DNA from: Eledone cirrhosa
Taxonomy: Eukaryota
Assembly (NCBI GenBank): GCA_964016885.1
Contig: OZ024742.1
Span: 253,952,001 to 254,016,000, forward strand
Direction of reading: 5' to 3'
Length of the DNA: 64,000 nucleotides
The translations under genes were made by a program, and so were the position numbers. Shown here in pieces: positions 26,668-41,480 of this stretch (positions are counted from its first letter, which is position 1; the number at the start of each line of letters is the position of its first letter). The notes under the pieces were generated by a model. The model saw only the letters and a list, made by a program, of their open reading frames with translations. It did no database searches and was not told the origin of the DNA.

Positions 26668-27150
26668 TATTTCAAAAAGAAAATTTAGTGATCAAGTGCG
26701 ATATCATTCTGATTGATAATCTGGATTACTGTTCCTTTCTTATGAGGAAAGCAGAGACTATCTTTTAGAGATTAGCACCAAATATTAACTAGGCCATTCC
26801 TAATGAATCAAGGTGATTTCTAGATCGTTTCTAATTATTTAATTAATAATTAAAGTAAAAAATTATCTTGGTTGTCTTTAGGTCATTCTTGTGTTATTCT
26901 AAATCTATCCATGAAAGAGCTAGGAATAACCATTCCACATGCCAGTGCCGAAACGCTGGCACAGAAATGCCTGCACCGAAACGTCCTGTTCCATGCCATC
27001 TTAACAACCTTCACCTCTTTGTGATTAAGTGTGATGTCATAGGCTTATTATTGTACATTTAATTCATCCAATTCAAATTCCAGCTTCAATATTTTAAGAG
27101 TTAATTCTACTTGTCCTGTACTTTTCCAGGTTCATTATTATTTAAGAATA

Positions 27151-27343
27151 TACTGCCAAGGCGGTGGATTGGCAGTATTAGTAGAGGGTCGGACGCCATG
27201 CTTTCCAGCATAGTTACGTCCCTTTACGATCTGAGTTCAAATCCCGCCGAGGTTGACTTTGCCTTTCATCCTTACGGGGTCGATAACATAAAGTACCAGT
27301 AATGCACTGGGTAATTGCTGGCCTTGTGCCTAAAGTAGAAACA
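27151..27343 (+). mobile_element. tRNA-derived SINE with 17-bp TSD
   Basis: TSD ATTATTATTTAAGAATA at 27134-27150 and 27344-27360; B-box GAGTTCAAATCC. Confidence 0.9.
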
Positions 27344-27779
27344 ATTATTATTTAAGAATATTAATACACATGCGCCCGCATTTTTCGGTCTAGTCCCCTT
27401 TTTTTAAGGCATTGCAGCAAATTATTTTAATTAAATTACCTTGACCATTTGCTAAGGCATTTACAATCCTTTTTTCATCAATAAAATTTAATTTTTCATT
27501 TCAATATTTTTATAAAATCCAAAATATTAAAATTGAAAAAGTATTTTGTAGAATATAATCAATAGAGACATTTGCCTTTTCTGAACACCCTTACTACAAG
27601 CCTTCAGGTGTGCCCATAGAGACAAAGCTATAATTGACTATACTCTAATGATCAATTTAGAGTTTAACTTAACAAGTGAAGTTATTAAAGATGCTAGAAA
27701 AACAAGCAATAAAAATAACTGAGTCAAAAATAAATAAAATTAAGTAGTAAATAAATAAAATGCCAATAAACAGTGAGCT

Positions 27780-28010
27780 CAAATTCAACAATAATTTGTC
27801 CATAGTTAGCAGTTAGTCCAAAATAAAATTATGTAGTCGAAAATCAGCATTTAGTCCAAAATAAGCAGCAAGTAGTCAAAAATAAAATTAAGTAGTCCAG
27901 AATCAGCATTTAGTCCAAAATAATAAGCAAGTAGTCCAAAACAAAATGAAGTAGTCCAGAATTAACAGTAGTCCTAATTATAAGTTGGTAGTCCAAGATC
28001 AATAGCCCAA
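27780..28010. repeat. degenerate minisatellite built on AGTAGTCCAAAA units
   Basis: recurrent (T)AGTCCAAAA / AATCAGCATTTAGTCC units with ~59-bp higher-order period. Confidence 0.7.
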
Positions 28011-28019
28011 AATCAAAAA

Positions 28020-29760
28020 TCTAAATTTTTTCCATAAACAATACAACGACATTAGGTAACTTAGGAGGAAATTTATTGTGCCTTTTTTTGATAATGTTGT
28101 CACTAATTTCATCCCAATTTTCAGCACCACTTTTTACCAGACAAGTATAATGGCCTGCCGTAGATGATACTCCTCCATGAAGAATGGCAGCTTTTAATGT
28201 GAAATTTGTGCCATATATTTGCTGCTTTTTTGTTCTCCTTCATTATTAATAAAGAAAATCTACTAATTGAGATGACAAGATATCTGAAATCGTTAGTATA
28301 TTCAATTCTTGAAGTTATTTGATGCTCAGTATTTTCAGAACAAGTATCACAGTATTTAGTCAAAGTATTTGTTGTTGAAAGTAGAGATTTAAATTGTTGT
28401 GTGCCATTAATAGGATTTAATATCAAATCCTCTTTTATTTGAAATGGAAGTTCAGATTCTATACCACATCCAGGTCTTGAATTACAATTGCAAACATTGT
28501 TATTTAAAGCTTGGCAATTTGTTTAATGCAATCGGCTACATCTAGTATGATCAGTTTGAATAAATTGAAGTTTTTCTCTAAATACCAAGTCCAAATGTAG
28601 AGAGAGTTCTTTCCAAAATTCATGAGCACATTGCTGATTTCCATCATGAAATCTTCCTCCAATTATTCTACTTAAGTTAGAGTCATTATGATTATTAAAA
28701 ATGATATTGCTTAATTCTTGATGTGCTCCATTCATGTTGTTAAAATTATAAAAATACTCTACAAATTCAGGCAATTGATTCAGTGATTGCACAACTGAAT
28801 TTGCAAAACAAGCATTTTTGGGGTTGATAAATTGATGTTTAAGGATTAAAGTTTGGCTGTTTTCATTTCTTTCCTTCTTTTTGGCAGGTTGGTTTGAATT
28901 TTCTTCCAAATTAAGTCTTTTGGTTCTTTTCTTGGGCACGCTAGAAGTGTTTGCCATTCAAGGAGGCTTTTTCCTGCAAGGTGGCAATGGAGGCAAATCT
29001 GCTCTTCCAGTACTTCCCATGCAGATTTGTCAACCATGATCAATGATCTTGGATCAAAGTCACAGGGATACACATTGCAAAGTTTTCTGGCTCTTGAAAG
29101 AGCTACATAAGCTTGACCATCAGAAAATATCTGATTTCCTAAATCAGCAACTATTCCATCCACAGAAATTCCTTGTGATTTGTGAATTGTTATAGAGTAA
29201 GCAAGAGACAATGAAAATTGTGTTCTGGTGACAAAAACACCAGGAGAAATTTCATAGTCTGCTTGAACTCTTCCAATGGAAATGGGTTTGTCCTTTTTGG
29301 TATCAAAAGACACCAACATATTGTCAACATTGCTTCCATTCCCAATTAATTCAATAACTGTTCCAATAACACCATTGCATAAGCCTTGATCTACATCAAC
29401 GTTTCGTTTCAACATCACTCTTGCTCCATTCAGGAATGGAATACAATTCAATCAATTTTTTAGCAATTTCTTCAACAGATGCTTTTCTATCAGGAAATAG
29501 GCATCTTTTTTGAAGAATGCTAATATCAGAGTCTGATGGGGAACCAATCCTAATTCTTCCCAAAATATCAACATAGTTGTCTTTGTCTTCTTTTTGTCTC
29601 ATATTAATGGTTAGCTCATCATATTGAAAGTATTTCCACAATGAATGCCCATTAATGGCAATTTCTGTTCTTTTGGCATCATATGATGAAATTCTAGAAA
29701 ATACTGGTTTTTCATTTACAGGTGGCAATTGCATCAAATCACCAAACAAATTAAAAAAGT
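28020..29760 (-). pseudogene. decayed PIF1-family helicase C-terminal half followed by USP/peptidase C19 domain (probable Helitron-like element fragment)
   Basis: GDLMQLPPV, ELTINMRQ, RVMLKRNVD..GLCNG, AYSITIHKSQG, GQAYVALSRA; then Cys box NPKNACFANSVVQSL, NQQCAHEF, His box LKAAILHGGVSSTAGHYTCLVK..WDEISDN (~28200-28095, unlisted frame). Confidence 0.82.
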
Positions 29761-30113
29761 TATGATGAGTCAAAATCAATGAGAGGCCTTATCCTCCACT
29801 ACTTGAGCACACATATTTTAGCGTAACTTTTTTTCTACTGACCCAAATTTCAATTTCCTTATACCAAAATGTAGCCTGGGATGAGTCCATTCTAGAGCAA
29901 AAAACCTGATAAGATTTGGGTGAGAACTGACTTAGTGACAAGTCCTAGAGCTGGTTGTCGTTGGGAAAAGGTTGACCTTAAGAATATTATTCACACACTA
30001 CCGTGTGTGAATGATACACATATATATTATATATACATATATATACATATATATTATATATATATATTTATATATATATATATAATGTATATTTATATAT
30101 ATATATATATATA

Positions 30114-30590
30114 TATTGTTATATTTGGGGAGGGTCATATTTGCGTAATATTGCCAGAATTAATAACAGAACACACTCACTGTTTGGTTGGTTTTCGCTT
30201 CTCGCTGTCTTTTATATATATATATCTGCGATCTAACTTACTCGGTCCTCAATGTTGCCATTGACTGACCGGCGGTCAAAAATAATACAGATACAATATA
30301 GACAAACACATATATATATAGTTTATATATGTAGTTTACATATATATATAGTTTATATATGTAAACTATATATATATGTAAACTATATATATGTGTGTTT
30401 GTCTATATTGTATCTGTATTATTTTTGACCGCCGGTCAGTCAATGGCAACATTGAGGACCGAGTAAGTTAGATCGCAGATATATATATATAAAAGACAGC
30501 GAGAAGCGAAAACCAACCAAACAGTGAGTGTGTTCTGTTATTAATTCTGGCAATATTACGCAAATATGACCCTCCCCAAATATAACAATA
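30114..30590. mobile_element. near-perfect palindrome (~240-bp arms) derived from the 3' pLTR of the 55.3-57 kb PLE family
   Basis: left arm inverts right arm, centre ~30358; right arm homologous to ~56705-56910. Confidence 0.85.
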
Positions 30591-30645
30591 TCTGTTTCGA
30601 CACACGATTTCATATAAAAAACCTCGCAAAACTAATTCATCGCCG

Positions 30646-30684
<39 letters not shown>

Positions 30685-30889
30685 TAAAAAAATAATGAAT
30701 AAAACAATGAAACAGTTCCTTATATTAAACAAAAAAAGTTCATTATTTAACGATCGTTTCTGGGATATATATGTGTTAGAATTGGCATGTATATTTAACA
30801 GATCTATGTACAAAATTATACAAAATTATACAAACTATCAAAATTAAATATACATACCAACTCATATATATGCCGTCTTCAGAAATAAT

Positions 30890-31072
30890 TGTTTCTACTT
30901 TAGGCACAAGGCCAGCAATTACCCAGTGCATTACTGGTACTTTATTTTATCGACCCCGTTAGGATGAAAGGCAAAGTCAACCTCGGCGGGATTTGAACTC
31001 AGACCGTAAAGGGACGTAACTATGCTGGAAAGCATGGTGTCTGACCCTCTACTGATACTGCCAATCCACCGC
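30890..31072 (-). mobile_element. tRNA-derived SINE with 19-bp TSD inserted in the PLE pLTR
   Basis: TSD TGCCGTCTTCAGAAATAAT at 30871-30889 and 31073-31091; absent from the homologous pLTR at ~36030. Confidence 0.92.
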
Positions 31073-32819
31073 TGCCGTCTTCAGAAATAATGAAATATAT
31101 TTATTGATAATAACAACAATTCAAAATTACAGGTCTGTTTGGGAACAGAGTTCAAATTGACCAATGGAAACACAAAAAGTTTATACAGTTAGGTGTGTGT
31201 ATATATGTAAGTAACTTCTCTTCTATATCACCTATACATTGATATTTGCTAAAAATAGATCTAACTTAACTTTGGATGACATTAATATTATTACACATGC
31301 TAGACTAACACTTATTGAATTTCAGAATGAATACTGGACCAGAAACACATATAGTAATCTATTTGATATTACTATGGGTTCAAGCGATTCCGCCCAAATT
31401 ACTGATCTCGTGGGCCTCTTTCTCCTTTTCAACATAAATGCCTCCTTTCCCCACCTTAAAGGTGGTTTATATCGTGATGACTGTCTTCTTCTTTCCAACA
31501 ACCTTAGCCTTTCAGAAATAGAAAAAAACAAAAAGCATATTAGAACTTTCCTTAAAGACTATTATAGTCTTCATATTACCTTTGAAAAAACAAGTAAAGT
31601 AGTAAATTTCCTAGATATAACTTTAGACTTAGCTACGGGTATCTACCAACCTTACCATAAACCCAACCAAAACTTACACTACATACACTCACAATCTAAT
31701 CACCCTAAATCTATCCTTAAAAACCTTGCATATAATATATCACTTAGAATTTCTAACCTTTCTTCTAACCAAGATGTATTTGATAAAAATGCGACCTTCT
31801 ATAATGAAGCTCTAGATAGAAGTGGCCACAAAAATAGATTAGAATATATACCTTCTACTAAAAATAAAAATACTATAAACATACAACCTAATATTACCAA
31901 CAAACACCAAATGAAAAGTACACACCTAAATGCCACCCACACTATACCCCAAAATACCAACAACTCTTCTAATATAAAGTATAGTAACTCTCAAAAAACT
32001 ACTCATCATACAACTCTAATAAATGTTAATAATAAAACTCCTAATAAACAAGATAAAACACCTAAATCTATAAATCTAACTAAAAATGTGCGTGGTGAGA
32101 TCATTAACATTAATCCTCCTAGTAAACATCACGATACAACCTATAAAAATAATAAACAACATAGAAACCGTAATAGACGAGTTACTTGGTATAATGCTCC
32201 ATTTAATTTACAAATTAAGGATAATATTGCTAAAAAAACTTTTTATATCCTAGAGAAAAACTTCCCGCCAAACCACAAATACCATCAAATCTTAAATAGG
32301 TCTACAGTTAAATTCTCATACTCAACAACCAATAACATAAAACAAAATATAAGTGCCTATATTGCATATAAATGTAAGAATACCATAAGTATACCACCAA
32401 TACATCAAACTAACCATAATATCTCCTCAAATACAGAATTAACGAAAGGTTGTAACTGTAGAAACAAAGCAAACTGCCCATTAAAAGGAAATTGTCTTGT
32501 TAACAACATAGTTTATAAATGTAATGTTAAAACTAAAGATTCTATTTGCTCATATATAGGAGCTACTTCTAACAATTTTAAGGTAAGGTTTAATACCCAC
32601 AAACATAGTTTTAAAAATGCCGCACTGGCTAATACAACATCTCTAGCAGAAAAAATCAATAGTTATAAAAATAAGAATATAGAATATGATATGACCTGGA
32701 GTGTGCTCAAAAGAGCCACCCCTTATCAAAATAATAGAAATGAATGTAGATTATGTTCCCAAGAACTATTTGAAATAATGAAATCTAAGGATATCCTATT
32801 AAATAAACGACAGGAATTA

Positions 32820-33900
<1,081 letters not shown>

Positions 33901-34029
33901 TTCCTAATACTGAAACTACTGTGTAAACACATATTATGATCTAATTGCAGATTAATATTCTATGTTTCTTGAAACCTATATTTACTATAATCCCCTTCCC
34001 CCCCTATTATTATTTGTATTTGTAAGCGT

Positions 34030-35800
<1,771 letters not shown>

Positions 35801-36021
35801 AACATACAGAGACATTAGCCCTGAATTTTTGTATTTACATACATCTTTTCGGCATGCGTATGCATGTGAACATATATTTTTATGCATATCTGTGAACGAA
35901 GTTACTTACATATATACACACACCTAACTGTATAAACTTTTTGTGTTTCCATTGGTCAATTTGAACTCTGTTCCCAAACAGACCTGTAATTTTGAATTGT
36001 TGTTATTATCAATAAATATAT

Positions 36022-36175
36022 TTCATTATTTCTGAAGACGGCATATATATGAGTTGGTATGTATATTTAATTTTGATAGTTTGTATAATTTTGTATAATT
36101 TTGTACATAGATCTGTTAAATATACATGCCAATTCTAACACATATATATCCCAGAAACGATCGTTAAATAATGAA
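36022..36175 (+). ncRNA. type I hammerhead with 115-nt helix II domain in PLE pLTR (inverted copy ~30742-30889, minus)
   Basis: TTCATTATTT-CTGAAGA-cGG..CCa-GAAA-CGATCG-TT-AAATAATGAA; 10-bp helix I; long paired helix II. Confidence 0.85.
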
Positions 36176-36369
36176 CTTTTTTTGTTTAATATAAGGAACT
36201 GTTTCATTGTTTTATTCATTATTTTTTAAATATTTTATCTTGACTCTGTATTCCGTTTATCTTTCACCGAAAATGATTTTTCATTGCATCTCTTCTTTCC
36301 ATGATATCCGGATTACAATGAGTTCTTCATACGGATTGGACACTACCGTAAACTCTTGGTAGATTTATC

Positions 36370-36420
<51 letters not shown>

Positions 36421-36425
36421 TAAAA

Positions 36426-36511
<86 letters not shown>

Positions 36512-36516
<5 letters not shown>

Positions 36517-37325
36517 AATCAGGAAAGAAGAGTGACACGGTTTGCTATACAAAAAAGGTTTTTAATCTCATTGCTGACAATTGTTTCTCTGAACTGGTAG
36601 GTATAGAGATCGCTATCCGCTTATTTTCGTGTTACTCGATCGCCAATACAAAATTATAACCAGCCAGTTCATTGGTCAGATAAAAAACCGACTATTACGG
36701 CCACCTGACCTACATTCTTTAAAAACACCAGCTTATCTTTACACTTGAAATAATACACCCTACGACAGTCTGTACATGTCAATTTTATACATCTGCCTCA
36801 TGTCAGCTAGTTTTACGCGCTAAAATCATAGATATACTATACTTCCCACCTAGATTGATGTTGTGATTATTTCAAATAATTTATTGCTAGCATTGTTGAT
36901 ATTGTTGTTATTGTTCTAACTGAATGCCATTACTACTACATATAGTAGCCTGTATATTCTTTTCATGCCTGTATATTCTCTTCATTCTCGCAAGCTCCGA
37001 TGAACTGACTGGTTATAATTTTGTATTGGCGATCGAGTAACGCGAAAATAAGCGGATAGCGATCTCTAGACCTACCAGTTCAGAGAAACAATTGTCAGCA
37101 ATGAGATTAAAAACCTTTTTTGTATAGCAAACCGTGTCACTCTTCTTTCCTGATTTACTATTACTCCAAGTGTTTACAACATAGGAATTACAGCGTACTC
37201 GCAGCATCACTATGGAAACGCCTTGTTGAGCCAAACTTAGCCAAGCGTTGATATCATCCACTACTCGGAGTACCATAACTGGACTACACCTAAGTGGACT
37301 GCATATAACTATTATTTGTTACCCC
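36512..37325. mobile_element. fold-back non-coding element in (TA)n (~160-bp inverted arms)
   Basis: 36512-36672 inverts 37000-37160. Confidence 0.85.
36994..37099 (+). ncRNA. hammerhead motif variant (U4>C)
   Basis: GCT-CCGATGA-aCTGACTGG..CCAGtTCAGa-GAAA-CAATTG-TC-AGC. Confidence 0.65.
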
Positions 37326-37453
<128 letters not shown>

Positions 37454-37456
37454 ATT

Positions 37457-37491
<35 letters not shown>

Positions 37492-37522
37492 ATATATATA
37501 TTTATGTATATATATGTATATA

Positions 37523-37581
<59 letters not shown>

Positions 37582-37614
37582 ATATTATATATTTATGTAT
37601 ATATATATAATATA

Positions 37615-37691
<77 letters not shown>

Positions 37692-37701
<10 letters not shown>

Positions 37702-38607
37702 CGTAAAATAAGAAAATATTTAAAAAAAGAAAATTTTTTAAAAATTTTTTTACTTACTTACTTAAATTTTCACTCCAACTAATTAGTTTCTGCAATGGGA
37801 TAAAGACAGTTACGTAATCCAACTGTCGAGAATTCATTGCGTCATCAGGGAGTCTATTCTCAGTTAAGTCTCCAGGCAATGCGCGGACACTGGCGGCTCA
37901 TATAAAAATAATAATAATTCGGTAGATCGAACAGCTGGCGAGGACTGGATTCTATGTACCGAAATTCTCACTGCTTCAGGTCAAATGGCCGATTCTAAAG
38001 AATCAATCACGTGACACAGAGGCTAGTTAGAAGGAATGGGATGGTAAGATGACTGACGCCTACTAACACCCCAACAAATTTTTTTAGAAGTGGTTTTGGC
38101 AAGTTTGCTCGACAAATCAGTGATTTGGAGATAAATATAGATAATTTAATATATCAACTAACATAAGCGCACAGATGCACGCCCATGCTAGCAAATACAC
38201 AGGTTATGTCATAGTACCTAGGTGGTTCAATGCAGGAGAATGCAGAACAATAATATAAAAGACGTAAAATAAGAAAATATTTAAAAAAAAAAAATTTTTT
38301 TATATGAGCCGCCAGTGTCCGCGCATTGCCTGGAGACTTAACTGAGAATAGACTCCCTGATGACGCAATGAATTCTCGACAGTTGGATTACGTAACTGTC
38401 TTTATCCCATTGCAGAAACTAATTAGTTGGAGTGAAAATTTAAGTAAGTAAGTAAAAAATAAAAAAAAAAATTTTTTAAAAAAATATTTTCTTATTTTAC
38501 GTCTTTTATATTATTGTTCTGCATTCTCCTGCATTGAACCACCTAGGTACTATGACATAACCTGTGTATTTGCTAGCATGGGCGTGCATCTGTGCGCTTA
38601 TGTTAGT

Positions 38608-38608
<1 letters not shown>
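37692..38608 (-). mobile_element. retrozyme-like family B, copy 2 (~560-bp unit plus ~310-bp inverted segment)
   Basis: direct repeat TATAAAAGACGTAAAATAAG at ~37692 and ~38254; hammerheads at 37772-37853 (-) and 38352-38433 (+). Confidence 0.88.
38352..38433 (+). ncRNA. type I hammerhead motif (family B; minus copy 37772-37853)
   Basis: ACTCC-CTGATGA-cGCAATG..CATTGCa-GAAA-CTAATTAG-TT-GGAGT. Confidence 0.87.
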
Positions 38609-38705
<97 letters not shown>

Positions 38706-39114
38706 GCTCATAATTGTTTTGGCATTAATACACTGGTTGGATGCCTTCCTAACACCAGTGCCACTTTACAGCATGGACTGGGTGGTTTTATTCGTGCCAC
38801 CAGCACTAGAGAGGATGTCTTACTGGACTCATGGGCCCTCTCTACCCCTCCTTTTTACAGCATGGTCATAACAATAATAACAATAATAACAATAATAATA
38901 ACACTATTAATAATTATCAATTAATGCAATCGTGCAATGCCTGTGCGTGAAGAATATTTTTAAAGTGAGGAAAGACTGTGCACTGAGCCAATCCCACTCT
39001 CTGAGCGACAGTAGCTATAACCCGAAAAGAAGAAAAGATCAACATCATCGGTAACTACTCAGCCGCAGGTTTTATGTCGGTGTTGACCCAGTTTCCTGAG
39101 ATGCCTTCTCCTAG

Positions 39115-39480
39115 ATTCTAGGTATCTATGGTCCCTCGGGAAGCATTTATCAAGTGCTCTAAAGAATGAGCGGGCCAAGCTGTTCTTTAGGGCCGCTGAG
39201 TAGAGTGGGTTGTACCACGTGATTTTTCTGCATCTACTCCTATGTGGGTGGGTTGAGCGTGCCGTGGGCTGTCGAGGAGTTGTTGGGTTGCTAGTGATTC
39301 CCGCATTGTTGCTTCCCCTTTGGGCGCTATGTGTTTTGCTACCTTCTCGGCCCGAATCTGTGGGGTGGTTGTTGCCTGCGCTAGGAGCTCTACAATGGGA
39401 TGGACCACCGTCACCCCCTCCACGTGTCTTGCGGTTGGGGGCGTCGGGCCCGGGGTGGTTAGTTGTTTCCATTCTGCCTG
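39115..39480 (-). pseudogene. PLE linker-region fragment
   Basis: RCRKITWYNPLYS...FFRALDKCFPRDHRY, homologous to the WYNPPY..FPPTHKY block of the other PLEs. Confidence 0.7.
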
Positions 39481-40187
39481 TGTTGTTAGGGTGCGCCTAT
39501 AAGTACAGCAGCCCCACCATACCCCTGCCTCGATCGACTCCTGTGACAACACATACTTATGCATATGTCCATACATAGATACTGTTATTTAAGATTGTAC
39601 ATGCACAGTTACTTACATGTGTGTGTGCGGGTGGGTTTGTGTGCGTGTGGGTGTGTGTGTGTGTGTGTACATGTGTGTATGTGGGTGTGGGTGTGGGGGT
39701 TTATAATGTGTGTGTATGAGGGGGGGGATTTAGGGGATGCACCTGGGCCTGTGCGTGTGCGCTTGGAACAATGTGAGTTGACATACACGCATATGTGCTT
39801 TAAAAATGTATTTTATTTTATTTTATTAATACATTTTTACACTTCTTAATCCAATTTTTAGTATTTCAACCCAATATAAAATAATATACCCAGTTTCTAT
39901 ATTTTAGTCCTCTAATATTTGAATACCATCTATATTATTCGCACATACACCTCATCAATTTACTTTTTAACCGTTATTTACAGCTAGTTTCATTTTGACA
40001 GCGTTCCTGATCAAAAGTCTCTCTCTCTTCCTTCATTCTTTTTTCCTCTCTTCTCTTTCTTTTTCCTTTTTCTCCTTTCCTTTTCTTCTATTTTCCTATC
40101 TTTTTCTTACTCTTATATTTCTGTCATATGTAGATTTTGCACTTTCCTGTTGAAAGTGTGTTTAGGCCTCATATCATGTTACCTTAC

Positions 40188-40251
40188 TTTATCTGATGAG
40201 AACACAATTTTTGTCCCAGGATGATGTTGTTTTCGAAATGCGCATAATAAA
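40188..40251 (+). ncRNA. type I hammerhead motif in PLE-like 3' end (~39560-40380; terminal fragment of same family at ~9143-9230)
   Basis: TTTAT-CTGATGA-GAA..TTC-GAAA-TGCGCA-TA-ATAAA. Confidence 0.8.
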
Positions 40252-41144
40252 ATATATGGAACTTTTTTAACCATCTTTTAATATCTTCTTTAATATATAC
40301 TCCAGTTCTACCAACTGTTGAGTGCTACTTATCTGATATATGCATAGTTTTATTGTTCTACAATATTACTCACCTTCTACATATATATATATATAGAAAG
40401 ATTTGAATGGATACAGTTTAGTTGAAAGGAATTTATTGACACGTGTTTCTATAACAGTTACATAACCTAAAACAGCTGCTATCTACAAACTTTTAGTTAT
40501 GCAGACATTCAATATTTCAATGTTATTATTTACTGTCATTTCATCAGAATAATATTACTGAGGACCTATTTAGTTTTTATAGAGAATATTAGGAGGGAGG
40601 GGTGAAGTTGTTAGAAGAATAGTTGAAGGAGTGGTTTTTCGATAGCAGTGAGAATTCTTGGTGGCAGTGAGTAATTAGATTCCCATCTGTTGTTTTGACA
40701 TTTTTTATAGAATATATTATTGGTTATTTTTCTAAATCTATAGAAGGATTAGAGATAGTAAAGATATGCGTGGCTGGTTTTGTGTTTGCACTTAATTAAC
40801 ATTCAGACTTAAATTTTTCTTTCAAGTGTACGTATCCTTTCACCCACGCATTCACAAACAAATATATTTGCACACCTCTACAAAATACATATACTCACAA
40901 TTCACATATTCATACTTACATATATATACACATGCATACACATATATATACACACATGTATTCATGTACATACATACGCGCTCATGTGTATACATTTTCA
41001 TACTCAACTTATCTTTATATACACACGTATAGACACACACATATATACATACATACTCTAGTCCATGCGTACACACATACACATACATACACATCCATAT
41101 ACACATATATACATACATATATATACATATATACATATACATAC

Positions 41145-41213
<69 letters not shown>

Positions 41214-41480
41214 CACTTTAATACATGAATACACTTACATCTAACTATACACATCAAACATATATATATATTTACTTATTTATATACATTTTCACATATA
41301 TATACATACTTATGGACGTTTTTAGACACATTCATTATCGCATATTTGTACCTATTCTCATCAGCATATCTTTCCATTATTAGTGTGGTAATTTAAGGTT
41401 ATTAATATATGTTGAGAAGAGATTGTTTTTATATTTTTCTAACTAGATTAAGGTTTATATAGTTGGGGGATGTCCCTCTT

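Larger units (their letters stand above)
26091..27390. mobile_element. non-autonomous TIR DNA element (~110-bp TIRs, TA flanks)
   Basis: GACCGAAAAATGCGGGCGCATGTG... at left and ...CACATGCGCCCGCATTTTTCGGTC at right; right TIR split by a SINE. Confidence 0.82.

Noticed and set aside
27780-28010. CRISPR-like appearance of short repeats
   Set aside because: Degenerate minisatellite without unique spacers, no cas genes, eukaryotic context
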